Positions 17,126 to 26,923 of a DNA stretch of 64,000 bases are shown piece after piece. The translations under genes and the position numbers were made by a program. The number at the start of each line of letters is the position of its first letter. Positions within the stretch are counted from its first letter, which is position 1. Source of the stretch: Candidatus Latescibacterota bacterium (GTDB lineage Bacteria; Latescibacterota; UBA2968; GCA-2709665); NCBI GenBank assembly GCA_965116875.1, contig OZ220733.1, forward strand, positions 448,001 through 512,000. The letters are read 5' to 3'. The notes under the pieces were generated by a model. The model ran no database searches, had not been told where the DNA came from, and saw only the letters and a program-made list of their open reading frames with translations.

Positions 17126-19204
17126 ATGGACAGTCAGCGATCTGCAAACAGGCTGGTACACGAGACCAGTCCCTATCTGCTGCAACACGCGCACAACCCG
17201 GTAGACTGGTATCCGTGGGGCGACGAAGCCTTTGAACGGGCGAGGAATGCAGACCGGCCCATTTTCCTTAGTATCGGATACTCGGCATGTCACTGGTGCC
17301 ACGTGATGGAGAGGGAGTCGTTTGAGAACGAAGCAATCGCAGCCGTGATGAACCAGTTCTACGTTAACGTCAAGGTCGACCGCGAAGAACGTCCGGACGT
17401 GGACGAAATCTATATGAGCGCGGTACAGATGATGACCGGCGCCGGAGGATGGCCGATGAGCGTGTTTCTCACACCCGACGGAACACCGTTCTACGGCGGA
17501 ACCTACTTCCCTCCCGACAGCAGATATGGACGACCCGGATTCCCCGACCTGCTTCGCTCCGTGGCGACGCATTACAAGGAAAACAGGGGCAAAGTGGGAG
17601 AGACGGCAGAACGCCTGATGGCCGGTTTGAAACGGCTGACCGACCTGAGAAACCTTGATGGAGAGTTAACGGGAGAATTGTTCTCCGACGGGTATTCCCG
17701 GATTGCCCGCAATTTCGACTGGGAAAATGGAGGCTTCGGATCGCAGCCGAAATTTCCGAATTCCATGAATCTATCGGTCTTTCTGCGGGAATTTGAGAAA
17801 AGCGGAGATCGCAATGCATTGGATATGGCGCTTCTCACCCTGCGGAAGATGGCGCGGGGAGGGATATACGATCATCTGGGCGGCGGATTTCACCGGTATT
17901 CGGTTGACCATCGCTGGCTGGTCCCCCACTTCGAGAAAATGCTGTATGACAATGCCCTGTTGACCCCGCTCTATCTGGAAGCCTTCCAACACTCCGGAGA
18001 GCCGCTGTTTCGGCAGATTGTGCAGGAAACACTGTCCTATGTCATTCGTGAAATGACCGATCTGCAAGGCGGATTCTACTCCACTCAGGACGCGGACAGC
18101 GAAGGGGAGGAGGGCAGGTTTTTCGTCTGGGACCAGGAGGAGGTGAACGCACTGCTGGGCCAGGAAGAGGGCCGATTGTTCTGCCGGTACTTCGATGTCC
18201 GCCCGGAGGGTAATTTTGAACACGGGAAGAGCATTCTGAATATTCCGGTTGAAGCGCCTGAATTGGCCAGATTCCTGGACGTGGACCTGGAGCGCCTGGA
18301 CGGTGTGACGCGGCGCGGACGGGAGGTATTGGCAGAGGTCCGCGAGAGGAGGACCAGGCCGGACCGGGACGAAAAAATCCAGGTGAACTGGAACGGGCTG
18401 ATGATCTCGGCTTTTGCGCATGCCTATCAGGTTCTCGGACAACCGGAGTATCTGGAGGCGGCACAGAACGCTGCCCGCTTCATACTCGACAACATGGTGA
18501 CGGAGTCCGGATGTCTACTGCACACGTACAACGCCGGGCGGGCGCGGTTCCCGGGCTACCAGGACGACTATGCCTTTTTCAGCAGCGGACTGCTCGACCT
18601 CTATGAGGCCTGCTTCGACCCTCGATGGCTGAATGCGGCAGAGACGCTCACGGAGACGATGCTCCGGGAATTCTGGGATCCGGAGCAGGGTGGTTTCTTC
18701 TTTACCGGAGGGTCGAATGAAAAGCTGATCGTCCGCTCAAAGAACCCGTACGACAACGCAATCCCCTCCGGAAATTCGATGGCCGTTGTCTCGCTGATGC
18801 GCCTGGGTACGATTCTCGACCGGCCGGATCTGTGGAAAAAGGCGGAGCAGACGCTGAAGCTGTTCGAACCGATGCTCAGAGAAATGCCGTCCGGATTCGG
18901 CCAGATGCTTTGCGGCCTGGATACCTTCACCAGACGTCCGTTTGAGATCGTACTGGTGGGCGATCCGGAGGATTCAGCGACGAAAGATCTCCTGAAGACG
19001 GCATACGGACGCCCGGCATCCAGCCGTGTGATCGTTCTTGCGGGTCCGGACGAGAGAGAAGATCTGTCACGGCGCATTCCATTGCTTTCCGACAAGAAGG
19101 CGGTCAATGGAAAACCTACCGCGTACGTGTGCAGAAATTCGGTCTGTTCGGCGCCGGTGACAACACATACCGAACTGGACGCATTGTTGCGGAAACCATC
19201 GTGA
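17126..19204 (+). CDS. YyaL/SPATA20-like thioredoxin-domain protein (DUF255)
   Basis: [29 protein letters not shown] and [11 protein letters not shown] motifs. Confidence 0.95.
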   Translation: MDSQRSANRLVHETSPYLLQHAHNPVDWYPWGDEAFERARNADRPIFLSIGYSACHWCHVMERESFENEAIAAVMNQFYVNVKVDREERPDVDEIYMSAVQMMTGAGGWPMSVFLTPDGTPFYGGTYFPPDSRYGRPGFPDLLRSVATHYKENRGKVGETAERLMAGLKRLTDLRNLDGELTGELFSDGYSRIARNFDWENGGFGSQPKFPNSMNLSVFLREFEKSGDRNALDMALLTLRKMARGGIYDHLGGGFHRYSVDHRWLVPHFEKMLYDNALLTPLYLEAFQHSGEPLFRQIVQETLSYVIREMTDLQGGFYSTQDADSEGEEGRFFVWDQEEVNALLGQEEGRLFCRYFDVRPEGNFEHGKSILNIPVEAPELARFLDVDLERLDGVTRRGREVLAEVRERRTRPDRDEKIQVNWNGLMISAFAHAYQVLGQPEYLEAAQNAARFILDNMVTESGCLLHTYNAGRARFPGYQDDYAFFSSGLLDLYEACFDPRWLNAAETLTETMLREFWDPEQGGFFFTGGSNEKLIVRSKNPYDNAIPSGNSMAVVSLMRLGTILDRPDLWKKAEQTLKLFEPMLREMPSGFGQMLCGLDTFTRRPFEIVLVGDPEDSATKDLLKTAYGRPASSRVIVLAGPDEREDLSRRIPLLSDKKAVNGKPTAYVCRNSVCSAPVTTHTELDALLRKPS

Positions 19205-19233
19205 GGAGAACAGAATACAGACAGGAGGATGAG

Positions 19234-19779
19234 ATGGCATCGGTATTGGTGGTAGGAGATGGTCCGGGCGGTCTGAGCGCCGCCCTGTTTCTGGCCAAGA
19301 ACGGCATGGATGTCGCCGTGTTCGGTCAAAATACAACCCCCATGCATAAGGCCATGCTGTACAACTATCTGGGGATTCCCGAGTTGACCGGGACCGAATT
19401 TCAACGCATCTCCCGGAATCAGGTCGCGGCACAGGGTGCAAGCATTGAGGACGTGCAGGTCGCGGGAATCGAAAAGACCCCGAGCGGATTCACGTTGACC
19501 ACGGAGGGCGGGGTCACCCGCGAAGGGCAATATCTGATACTGGCCGCCGGCACCAACGTGAAACTCGGCGTGAGTATCGGTCTGGAAAGAGGCCCGGATG
19601 GGCTGGAATGCGACAGGGACGGACGTACGTCGGTTGAAGGACTCTACGTTGTGGGATGGAGTACGCGGCTGCGCAAGACGCAGGCGATTATTTCCGCCGG
19701 CCAGGGCGCGTCCGCCGCGCTCGATATTCTGTCAATTGAGGCTGGCGAGGACGTACACGATTTCGACGTGGTGTCGTGA
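19234..19779 (+). CDS. Short FAD-dependent oxidoreductase (thioredoxin-reductase-like, FAD domain only)
   Basis: AGGAGG RBS; VVGDGPGGLSAA, ILAAG, TSVEGLYVVG and QAIISAGQG motifs; no CxxC or NADPH domain. Confidence 0.85.
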   Translation: MASVLVVGDGPGGLSAALFLAKNGMDVAVFGQNTTPMHKAMLYNYLGIPELTGTEFQRISRNQVAAQGASIEDVQVAGIEKTPSGFTLTTEGGVTREGQYLILAAGTNVKLGVSIGLERGPDGLECDRDGRTSVEGLYVVGWSTRLRKTQAIISAGQGASAALDILSIEAGEDVHDFDVVS

Positions 19780-19886
19780 AACTCCCTGTAGATGCACCCT
19801 CGTGAGCTTCGCCCATCGAAGGCACGGCGGCGGGCCGGCAGGGGTTGAAACGGTTCCACCGGTGTCCGTGCAATTCCTTCGTGTGG

Positions 19887-20456
19887 TCAAAAGTACCTGG
19901 GTGTCTTTCGGGGCGCGGCCGGTTTCGGAGGCGCCTCGTTTTCAGGGATGCCGTGGCTTTCGATGATGCCGCGAACCACGTGGACCGGAAGGCCCATTCG
20001 AACGGCCAGCGCCATTGAATCACTTGGACGCGCGTCCATTTTGAACGTCGTTCCATCCGGACCCTGCAGGGTGAGTACGGCGAAATATGTACTCCCCAGA
20101 CCCCCTTCTTCCAGTGGGCGAAGTTCGTCGATGACAATGGATTTGAGACGGACACCGGCCTCTTGCAGCACATTGTGGAACAGATCGTGGGTGAACGGGC
20201 GGGGAAACGTCTCGTCCTTCAGCTTGCGCCAGATTGCCATCGCTTCGCAGGGACCGATCCATATCGGCAGAAGTCGTGCGGTCTCGCTGTTTCGCAGAAA
20301 AACGATGTATTGATCTTCAGAATCCCGCCCGACCTGATGGACCTCGGTCCTGACCAGGTCCTTTTCCGATGGATGTGCGGCAGGCGCGAGGACACCGCCC
20401 AGACACAAACATGAAGCGCAGAAGTACATCGCCGCAGAACGGGTTCTATCGTACAT
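19887..20456 (-). CDS. Bifunctional nuclease family protein (DUF151)
   Basis: LLPIWIG..EA, RPFTHDL and DARPSDSMALA motifs. Confidence 0.92.
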   Translation of the reverse strand: MYDRTRSAAMYFCASCLCLGGVLAPAAHPSEKDLVRTEVHQVGRDSEDQYIVFLRNSETARLLPIWIGPCEAMAIWRKLKDETFPRPFTHDLFHNVLQEAGVRLKSIVIDELRPLEEGGLGSTYFAVLTLQGPDGTTFKMDARPSDSMALAVRMGLPVHVVRGIIESHGIPENEAPPKPAAPRKTPRYF

Positions 20457-20571
20457 TACAATTCCTTTCGGTGCGTGAGAAGCCGGCGCTGACCGGCGGG
20501 TTCACAGTGGGTTTCGTGAATATACGCCTGCGCCTACCACGGAGCAATTCGAATTTTCGACATCGGGACTG

Positions 20572-20681
20572 AGAAGCTGTCGCAGACTTCCCGGCGGTCT
20601 TCGCACCTGCCTGGCGCCGCAGGCAAGGCAGGCGGCTGCAAAGCGGCGGTCGGGAATTCACCGGTACCTTGAAAACAGCCT
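20572..20681. mobile_element. Family A repeat copy (internally deleted, with 27-nt nested insertion)
   Basis: AGAAGCTGTC...GGTCTTCGCA and CGGGAATTCACCGGTACCTTGAAAACAGCCT match both ends of 3812-3975. Confidence 0.75.
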
Positions 20682-20695
20682 GCGGAGTTTGTGGG

Positions 20696-20724
20696 TTGAC
20701 AAGTTCTGTTGAATGTGCTATCTT
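20696..20724 (+). promoter_or_regulatory. Sigma70 promoter for the yicC-gmk-rpoZ-coaBC-udg-dnaB operon
   Basis: TTGACA-17 nt-TATCTT with extended -10 TG. Confidence 0.7.
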
Positions 20725-20776
20725 TTTGAGTTTCACAATTTTACACGAGTTGTTCGTTGTAGAGCCGGGAGAACGC

Positions 20777-21655
20777 ATGGTTGTCAGCATGACGGGTTTC
20801 GGGAGGGGAGAAGTCGAAACCGACGGCTATCGGGCGTCGGTGGAGTTGCGGTCTGTCAACGGGCGCTACGGCGAGGTATCTGTCCATCTGCCCAGACATC
20901 TGTCTCCCCTTGAACAAAGGATCAGGGACCTCGTACTCTCGGTTTTCTCCCGCGGCCACATACGCGTCTCGTTGAATGTGGCTGGCGACGCGCTTGGACA
21001 GGGAATCCCGGTTCTGAACGAACGTGTCTTCGAGGGATACCGGGACGGGCTTGCCCGGCTGCAATCTCGCCTGGGGGTTTCGATTGCACCTGATCCCCTG
21101 CAGGTTGCTTTGATGCCGAATGTCTTCGAGTTCGAGTCCGACGCACCGGATCTGGACGCCGTCTGGAAGGCGGTTGCGCCGGCCTGTGAACAGGCCGTTG
21201 CCCAATGCCAGTCGATGCGCGCCGCGGAAGGTAAGCAGCTGGCCGCGGATCTCGTCCATCGCATCCATCTTCTCCAGGATCTGATCGAAAAGATAGAGGA
21301 ACTGGCGCCCGGACAGGTGGAGTCCGCGCGCAGGAGGATCGACGAGAAACTCCGTGAACTCATCGCTCCGGAGAATGTCGACCAGAACCGCCTCCTTACG
21401 GAGGTCGCCCTCCTCTCGGAACGCATCGATATTACCGAGGAAACGGTCCGCTTCCACAGTCACAACGAACAGTTTTTAAAGACGCTCGACCGCGAAGAGC
21501 CGGTCGGCAGGCGCCTGAACTTTCTTCTCCAGGAGATGCTCCGCGAGGCGAACACAATCGGGTCCAAGGCCGGCGACGCGGAAATTGCGCATCTGGTGGT
21601 CGGGGTCAAGGAAGAGATCGAGAAGCTCAAAGAACAGGTACAAAACATAGAATAA
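20777..21655 (+). CDS. yicC: YicC/YloC family endoribonuclease
   Basis: SMTGFG, SVNGRY, DITEE, GRRLNFLLQEM.REANTIGSK and EQVQNIE motifs; located upstream of gmk. Confidence 0.96.
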   Translation: MVVSMTGFGRGEVETDGYRASVELRSVNGRYGEVSVHLPRHLSPLEQRIRDLVLSVFSRGHIRVSLNVAGDALGQGIPVLNERVFEGYRDGLARLQSRLGVSIAPDPLQVALMPNVFEFESDAPDLDAVWKAVAPACEQAVAQCQSMRAAEGKQLAADLVHRIHLLQDLIEKIEELAPGQVESARRRIDEKLRELIAPENVDQNRLLTEVALLSERIDITEETVRFHSHNEQFLKTLDREEPVGRRLNFLLQEMLREANTIGSKAGDAEIAHLVVGVKEEIEKLKEQVQNIE

Positions 21656-21675
21656 CGGCATGGTCGGTTCCACAG

Positions 21676-22341
21676 ATGGAAAAGCCATTCGGAATTGAGG
21701 CCCTTCAACACCAACTCGATCGCCATCCCGATTCGTTCGTGGTGGTACTCTCGGGCCCCGCGGGTGCGGGAAAAACATCCATCCGACAGGGACTCCTGGA
21801 ACGCGATCACACGCTGCGGCGATGCGTGACCACCACCACGCGCGAAAAACGCCATAACGAGACGGACGGCGTCGACTACCATTTCGTTTCGGAGGATGCG
21901 TTTCGTTCCGGGCTGGAAGAAGGTTGTTTCTTCGAATATGCGGAGGTATACGGCTTCCTATATGGCGCAACGTTCAGGGCGATTGCCCGCGCAATTGGAA
22001 AACACGGCGTCGTGCTGCTCGTGGTAGACGTGAAGGGCGCGGCTGCGTGGAAGCGATTGCTGAAGGAACGGTGCGTAAGCGTGTTCGTGCTCCCGCCATC
22101 GCACAAGGCGCTTGAACAGCGCCTGGGTGGGCGCAGGACCGAAACGGCTGCGGCCTTGAAGCGCAGGCTGGAGAACGCAGGGTCTGAACTTGACAGAGCC
22201 ATGGAGTTCGATCATCTCGTCGTCAACGGCGACCTGGATCGTGCCATATCCGACGTGCAGGAACTGATTCGCGTTGAACGGCGCAGGCCATGGCGATCGC
22301 GTCATCTACTCGATGAATTCGGGCGCCTGAATGTGACTTAG
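21676..22341 (+). CDS. gmk: Guanylate kinase
   Basis: SGPAGAGKTS, TTR..R..E.DGVDYHF and YG motifs; conserved synteny. Confidence 0.95.
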   Translation: MEKPFGIEALQHQLDRHPDSFVVVLSGPAGAGKTSIRQGLLERDHTLRRCVTTTTREKRHNETDGVDYHFVSEDAFRSGLEEGCFFEYAEVYGFLYGATFRAIARAIGKHGVVLLVVDVKGAAAWKRLLKERCVSVFVLPPSHKALEQRLGGRRTETAAALKRRLENAGSELDRAMEFDHLVVNGDLDRAISDVQELIRVERRRPWRSRHLLDEFGRLNVT

Positions 22342-22353
22342 CAGCCCGTTGAG
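22339..22353. repeat. Family B terminal fragment overlapping the gmk stop codon
   Basis: TAGCAGCCCGTTGA is identical to the start of the 14991 copy. Confidence 0.55.
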
Positions 22354-22459
22354 GAAGAATTGCGGCAGGAAGGCAGATCCATTCACGCATACGCGCGTAA
22401 AAAATCCCGTGGTCGATCCACGGAAACCACGCCCCATACAGACGGAGGATTTCGTCCAA

Positions 22460-22720
22460 ATGTCACGGATTTTCTTTCTCGAAGAGATCAGCAACGACGC
22501 CGTAAACCCATACGAGGCGGTCAGCGCCGCGTCGAGAGAGTCCCGCCGGATCAACCAGGCCCGGATGGCGAGAGACGTTTCGGGCGAGGCGGAAAAACCT
22601 ACGACGCTGTCGCTGGATCGTCTTTCGACGGGAAAAGTGAAAATTTCGTACGACGTCGATGAGGAAATGGAAACGGAAGATGGCAATGCAGTCAAAGATG
22701 AGGGTCCTGCTGGGAATTAG
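22460..22720 (+). CDS. rpoZ: RNA polymerase omega subunit
   Basis: GGAGG RBS; NPYEAV.AASRESRRIN...KPT; sits between gmk and coaBC. Confidence 0.85.
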   Translation: MSRIFFLEEISNDAVNPYEAVSAASRESRRINQARMARDVSGEAEKPTTLSLDRLSTGKVKISYDVDEEMETEDGNAVKDEGPAGN

Positions 22721-23876
22721 CGGCGGGATTGCCGCCTACAAGGCCGTTGAAGTACTTCGCGACCTGCAGCGTGAAGGCGCCGAAGTGCGTGTGGCGATGA
22801 CAGCGGCGGCGCTGAAGTTCATCCAACCGCTGACGTTTGAGGCGCTCTCGGGCCACCGTGTCTACACCGAGCTGTTTCCTGAGACGGGAGACCCGGAGGT
22901 CATTCACGTCAAGCTTGGCGAATGGCCCAACCTGATTCTGATTGCGCCCGCGACGGCCAATGTGATTGGCAAGATGGCCAACGGCCTGGCAGACGATCTG
23001 CTGACGTGCACCGTGCTTTCCAGCGAGGCGCCCGTGATGTTGGCGCCGGCAATGGAAACGGGAATGTACCGCCACCCTGCGTTCCAGCGAAATCTCCAGC
23101 GACTTGCCGATATGGGATATTGCCTGATCGGTCCCGAAGAAGGCGCGCTTGCTTCCGGCCGCAGCGGAATGGGCCGGCTCGCGGAACCGCGGCGAATTGT
23201 CGCTGAAGCCGTCTCCGCCGTGTTGACGTCTGGAGATCTTGCGGGTCGAAAGATCGTCGTTACGGGAGGTCGGACGGAAGAAGACATCGACCCGGTTCGC
23301 TTTATCACGAATCGATCCACCGGAAAGATGGGGTACGCGGTAGCCCGCCGCGCCAGGCAGCGTGGCGCGGAAGTCGTTCTGGTGAGCGGCCCGGGCAATC
23401 TGGATCCGCCCGCTGGCGTGGACCTGATTCGAGTGAGAACGGTTTCCGAACTGCGTGCGGCGACCGAATCGGAATTTGAGGGTGCGGATGCCCTTGTCAT
23501 GACCGCGGCCGTTCTGGACTTCAGGCCTCGAGTCGTCTCCAACGCAAAAATTAAGAAGAACGCCAACGGGCTCACGCTGGATCTGGTTGCGAATGAAGAC
23601 TTTCTGGTGGGCCTGGGCGCCCGGAAGAATGGCCGGATCGTGGTTGGATTCGCGATGGAAACGGAGAATGGGCTGTCGAACGCAAGAAAGAAACTCGAAG
23701 AGAAATACCTCGATTTAATCGTATTGAACGATCTGAACGTTTCCGGCGCCGGGTTCGGAGTGGACACCAATGTGGTCACGCTGATCGACGGGGGCGAGGC
23801 GGAACCGTTGCCGAAAATGTCCAAGCTCGAGGTTGCAGACCGGATTCTGGATTGGGTGAAAGAACGGTGGACCTAG
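22686..23876 (+). CDS. coaBC: Phosphopantothenoylcysteine decarboxylase/ligase
   Basis: GGIAAYK, APATAN, APAME and E.IDPVRFITNRSTGKMG motifs; start could be 22659-22698. Confidence 0.97.
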   Translation: MQSKMRVLLGISGGIAAYKAVEVLRDLQREGAEVRVAMTAAALKFIQPLTFEALSGHRVYTELFPETGDPEVIHVKLGEWPNLILIAPATANVIGKMANGLADDLLTCTVLSSEAPVMLAPAMETGMYRHPAFQRNLQRLADMGYCLIGPEEGALASGRSGMGRLAEPRRIVAEAVSAVLTSGDLAGRKIVVTGGRTEEDIDPVRFITNRSTGKMGYAVARRARQRGAEVVLVSGPGNLDPPAGVDLIRVRTVSELRAATESEFEGADALVMTAAVLDFRPRVVSNAKIKKNANGLTLDLVANEDFLVGLGARKNGRIVVGFAMETENGLSNARKKLEEKYLDLIVLNDLNVSGAGFGVDTNVVTLIDGGEAEPLPKMSKLEVADRILDWVKERWT

Positions 23877-24532
23877 ACGTTGAGACAGAAGCGACGCTGG
23901 ACGCCGTCCGGGCGTTCGTTGAAACGCAGGCGGAATTCGGCCTGAGTGAGTTCAGGCTCCCGCGCACCGACGAGGATGCACGGCTTACCGACTTTCACGA
24001 ATCGATCCGCGACTGCCGGATGTGCGGTCTCTGTGAGAGCCGGCGCACCGTTGTCTTTGGAAGCGGCAATCCGGACGCAGGTCTGATGTTTATCGGCGAA
24101 GCGCCCGGGGCGGAAGAAGACAGGAAGGGACTGCCGTTCGTCGGCCCGGCCGGAGAACTGCTCACCCGCATGATCGAGGCCATCGGGTTTCAGCGTGACG
24201 AGGTCTATATTGCGAATGTCATCAAATGCAGGCCGCCGGGTAACCGGGACCCGAAGCCCGAAGAAGTGCAGACGTGCAGGCCCTTCCTCGAACGGCAGAT
24301 CGAGCTCATACAGCCGGTTGCAATCTGCGCCCTCGGTCTATTCGCCGCGCGGACCCTGTTGGAAACCGATGAACCGATGGGCAGCCTGCGGGGTCGGCAG
24401 TTTTCCTACCGCGGCATTCATCTGATTCCCACCTACCACCCTGCCGCGCTCCTTCGAAATCGGCAGTGGAAGCGCACCGCCTGGGAGGATTTACAACTGC
24501 TCAGGCGCGTGTACGACAGCGCGGCCGGATAG
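23867..24532 (+). CDS. Uracil-DNA glycosylase family 4 (4Fe-4S)
   Basis: [32 protein letters not shown] and TYHPAALLR motifs. Confidence 0.95.
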   Translation: MDLDVETEATLDAVRAFVETQAEFGLSEFRLPRTDEDARLTDFHESIRDCRMCGLCESRRTVVFGSGNPDAGLMFIGEAPGAEEDRKGLPFVGPAGELLTRMIEAIGFQRDEVYIANVIKCRPPGNRDPKPEEVQTCRPFLERQIELIQPVAICALGLFAARTLLETDEPMGSLRGRQFSYRGIHLIPTYHPAALLRNRQWKRTAWEDLQLLRRVYDSAAG

Positions 24533-24592
24533 GTGCATCCACGTGTCCCGCAACCCGGTGTTCGGACACGGTTTCCTTTAGCTATTGATCCC

Positions 24593-25972
24593 ATGGCTTC
24601 CCAACCAACAAGCGCACAGACAGCCGCCGATCGTCCCCGGCCCCAGGCGCTGGAGGTCGAACGGGCAGTGCTGGGCGCCATGTTCATTGACAACGCGTCC
24701 ATAAGCCATGTGACCGAGGTCCTTGGCGACGAGACGGCGTTTTACCATACGGCGAACCGCCGGGTCTACGCGGCCATACTCGCGCTGTCGGAGCGGGGAC
24801 TGCCGGTTGACGAAGTGACGGTTGCGGAAGAACTGAAGCGCCGCGGTCAATTCGAAGACGTGGGCGGATACGCCTACGTTGCCAGCCTGGGCGGCGAGAT
24901 GGCGACCAGTGCGAACGCGGAATTCCACGCCAGGATCGTGCTGGAGCGCGCCCAGCGCCGCAGGCTGATCGACGTGTCCACGCAAACGATCGCGGAGTGT
25001 TATGACGAGGCGGAAGAGGTCAACGACGTCATCGACAGGGCCGAGCAGCGAGTATTCCGGATCGCGGAAGGCGGTCTCGGACAGGGCGTTGTGCCGCTGC
25101 AGTCCAAATTGCACGAGACGATTGAACACATTGAAAAGGTCCAGAAACAGGAAGGCGCCCTTTCGGGCGTTACCACCGGATACGTTGAACTTGACAGGAA
25201 AACGGCCGGGCTGCAGCCTTCCGATCTGATCATCATCGCGTCGCGCCCTTCAATGGGAAAAACGGCGTTGACGCTCTGTATGGCGCGAAATGCCGCCGTT
25301 GCGGAGGCAATTCCGGTACTCTACTTCTCTCTGGAAATGAGTATGCAGCAACTCGCGATACGTTTGCTCTGCGCCGAAGCCCGGGTGAATTCGCATCGAC
25401 TGCGCACCGAGAAGCTCTCGGACGAAGAGTGGGAGCGGATGGTAACCTGGACCGGAAAACTGTCGCAGGCGCCGTTATTCATTGACGACACGCCGGGCAT
25501 CTCCGTAATGGAGCTGCGCGCGAAAGCCCGCCGCGCTAAATTGGAGCACGGCATCGGCATGATCGTGGTGGATTACCTCCAGCTGATGACAACCTCAGCA
25601 CGAGTGGACAACCGGGAACAGGAAATCGCGAGTATTTCGCGATCGCTCAAGGCGCTGGCCAAGGAACTCGACCTGCCCGTCGTTGCATGTGCGCAGTTGT
25701 CCCGCGCGGTCGAGTCCCGTACGGACAGACGGCCGCTGCTTTCCGACTTGCGCGAGAGCGGCAGCATCGAACAGGACGCCGACGTGGTCGCGTTTCTCTA
25801 TCGGCCGGAGGTGTACGGAATACCCGATGAAGAGGGCAATCCACAACCGGACAAGGCCGAGCTCATTATCGGCAAGCAACGCAATGGACCGACCGGAAGC
25901 GTGAACCTGAGGTTCATGAGCGATTATTTGAGATTTGAAGAATACGAGACGTACCGCGACGATCCTTTTTAA
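24593..25972 (+). CDS. dnaB: Replicative DNA helicase
   Basis: ASRPSMGKT, FSLEM, VDYLQL, DLRESGSIEQDAD and KQRNGPTG motifs; no intein. Confidence 0.98.
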   Translation: MASQPTSAQTAADRPRPQALEVERAVLGAMFIDNASISHVTEVLGDETAFYHTANRRVYAAILALSERGLPVDEVTVAEELKRRGQFEDVGGYAYVASLGGEMATSANAEFHARIVLERAQRRRLIDVSTQTIAECYDEAEEVNDVIDRAEQRVFRIAEGGLGQGVVPLQSKLHETIEHIEKVQKQEGALSGVTTGYVELDRKTAGLQPSDLIIIASRPSMGKTALTLCMARNAAVAEAIPVLYFSLEMSMQQLAIRLLCAEARVNSHRLRTEKLSDEEWERMVTWTGKLSQAPLFIDDTPGISVMELRAKARRAKLEHGIGMIVVDYLQLMTTSARVDNREQEIASISRSLKALAKELDLPVVACAQLSRAVESRTDRRPLLSDLRESGSIEQDADVVAFLYRPEVYGIPDEEGNPQPDKAELIIGKQRNGPTGSVNLRFMSDYLRFEEYETYRDDPF

Positions 25973-26164
25973 CCTTGATTCCTCATTTTTCGAGGACGTT
26001 AATTCGAATATGTGTCAGTTAAAAAGGCGATTTAACTGCTGATTACCAGGATACACCAGGACTCTGAACGTGAACGAAAAAATGTCCTTCATGACGACCA
26101 TTTCGACCCGTTTCGAAAGGTTTCGTCGCGGTGCCGCGTTGCGGCTCTTGCGAAATTGAGGTTA
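25970..26164. mobile_element. MITE-like repeat family C, copy 1 (195 bp)
   Basis: Imperfect TIRs TAACCTTGATTCC / GAAATTGAGGTTA; about 85% identical (manual alignment) to the reverse complement of 45021-45217. Confidence 0.85.
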
Positions 26165-26279
26165 ATGTCTGTCCCCATCCGTCGGATCGGACAGGCGCAC
26201 CGCCGGTCGCTTTGGCAGCGACCTCCAGCAAATTCGAATTGAATCGAACCTTCAGTCTGTCATTCCGAGGGGAATATAT

Positions 26280-26918
26280 ATGGACGATTACAGATCTCCA
26301 GTCAGGGTATCCAAGCTGTTGTCGCTGATGCTCCGGCATCGGCCGGAAGAGTTCGGCATCCAGGTCGACGGGTACGGATTCGCGGATTTCGACGCCGTGA
26401 TATCCGCATTGAAAAAACAGGATGCCGAAATCGAAGCCGGTGACGTGGAAGCACTGGTTTACAGAGCGACCAAGAAACGATTTGAGATTGTCGACGGGCG
26501 GATCCGTGCGCGCTACGGCCATAGTTTCGCGATGGAACTGGGAACCGAACCCGTAGAACCTCCGGAACACCTGTACAAGGGCGCAAGTGTATCGGAAGTG
26601 GAAGACATTCTGACACGGGGCATGAAGCCCGTGGACAGGCAATACGTCCATCTCTCTTTCGACGCCGACGTTGCGCTCAGGCTTGCGGGGAACCGGCGGG
26701 GACCGGGGGCCGTCATACGGGTGGACGCAAGAAAGGCCGTCGAAGACGGGATCCAATTCTTCGACTGCGGACCCACGATCCTCGCCCGGGAAATTCCGCC
26801 CGAGTTTCTCGCTGCCGAAGACACGCCTGGTCCGGTTCCGGATGGCGGTGTGTCCGCAAAACAAAGCGAGGAACCGGTAACGTACGGGAGGAAACGCCGA
26901 TTCGGGTCCAGGAGATAG
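26280..26918 (+). CDS. kptA: RNA 2'-phosphotransferase (Tpt1/KptA)
   Basis: SKLLSLMLRH.P, KRF, IRARYGHS and RQYVHLS motifs. Confidence 0.92.
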   Translation: MDDYRSPVRVSKLLSLMLRHRPEEFGIQVDGYGFADFDAVISALKKQDAEIEAGDVEALVYRATKKRFEIVDGRIRARYGHSFAMELGTEPVEPPEHLYKGASVSEVEDILTRGMKPVDRQYVHLSFDADVALRLAGNRRGPGAVIRVDARKAVEDGIQFFDCGPTILAREIPPEFLAAEDTPGPVPDGGVSAKQSEEPVTYGRKRRFGSRR

Positions 26919-26923
26919 CACAC

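Noticed and set aside
24593-25972. Intein in DnaB
   Set aside because: The protein has normal length with contiguous helicase motifs.
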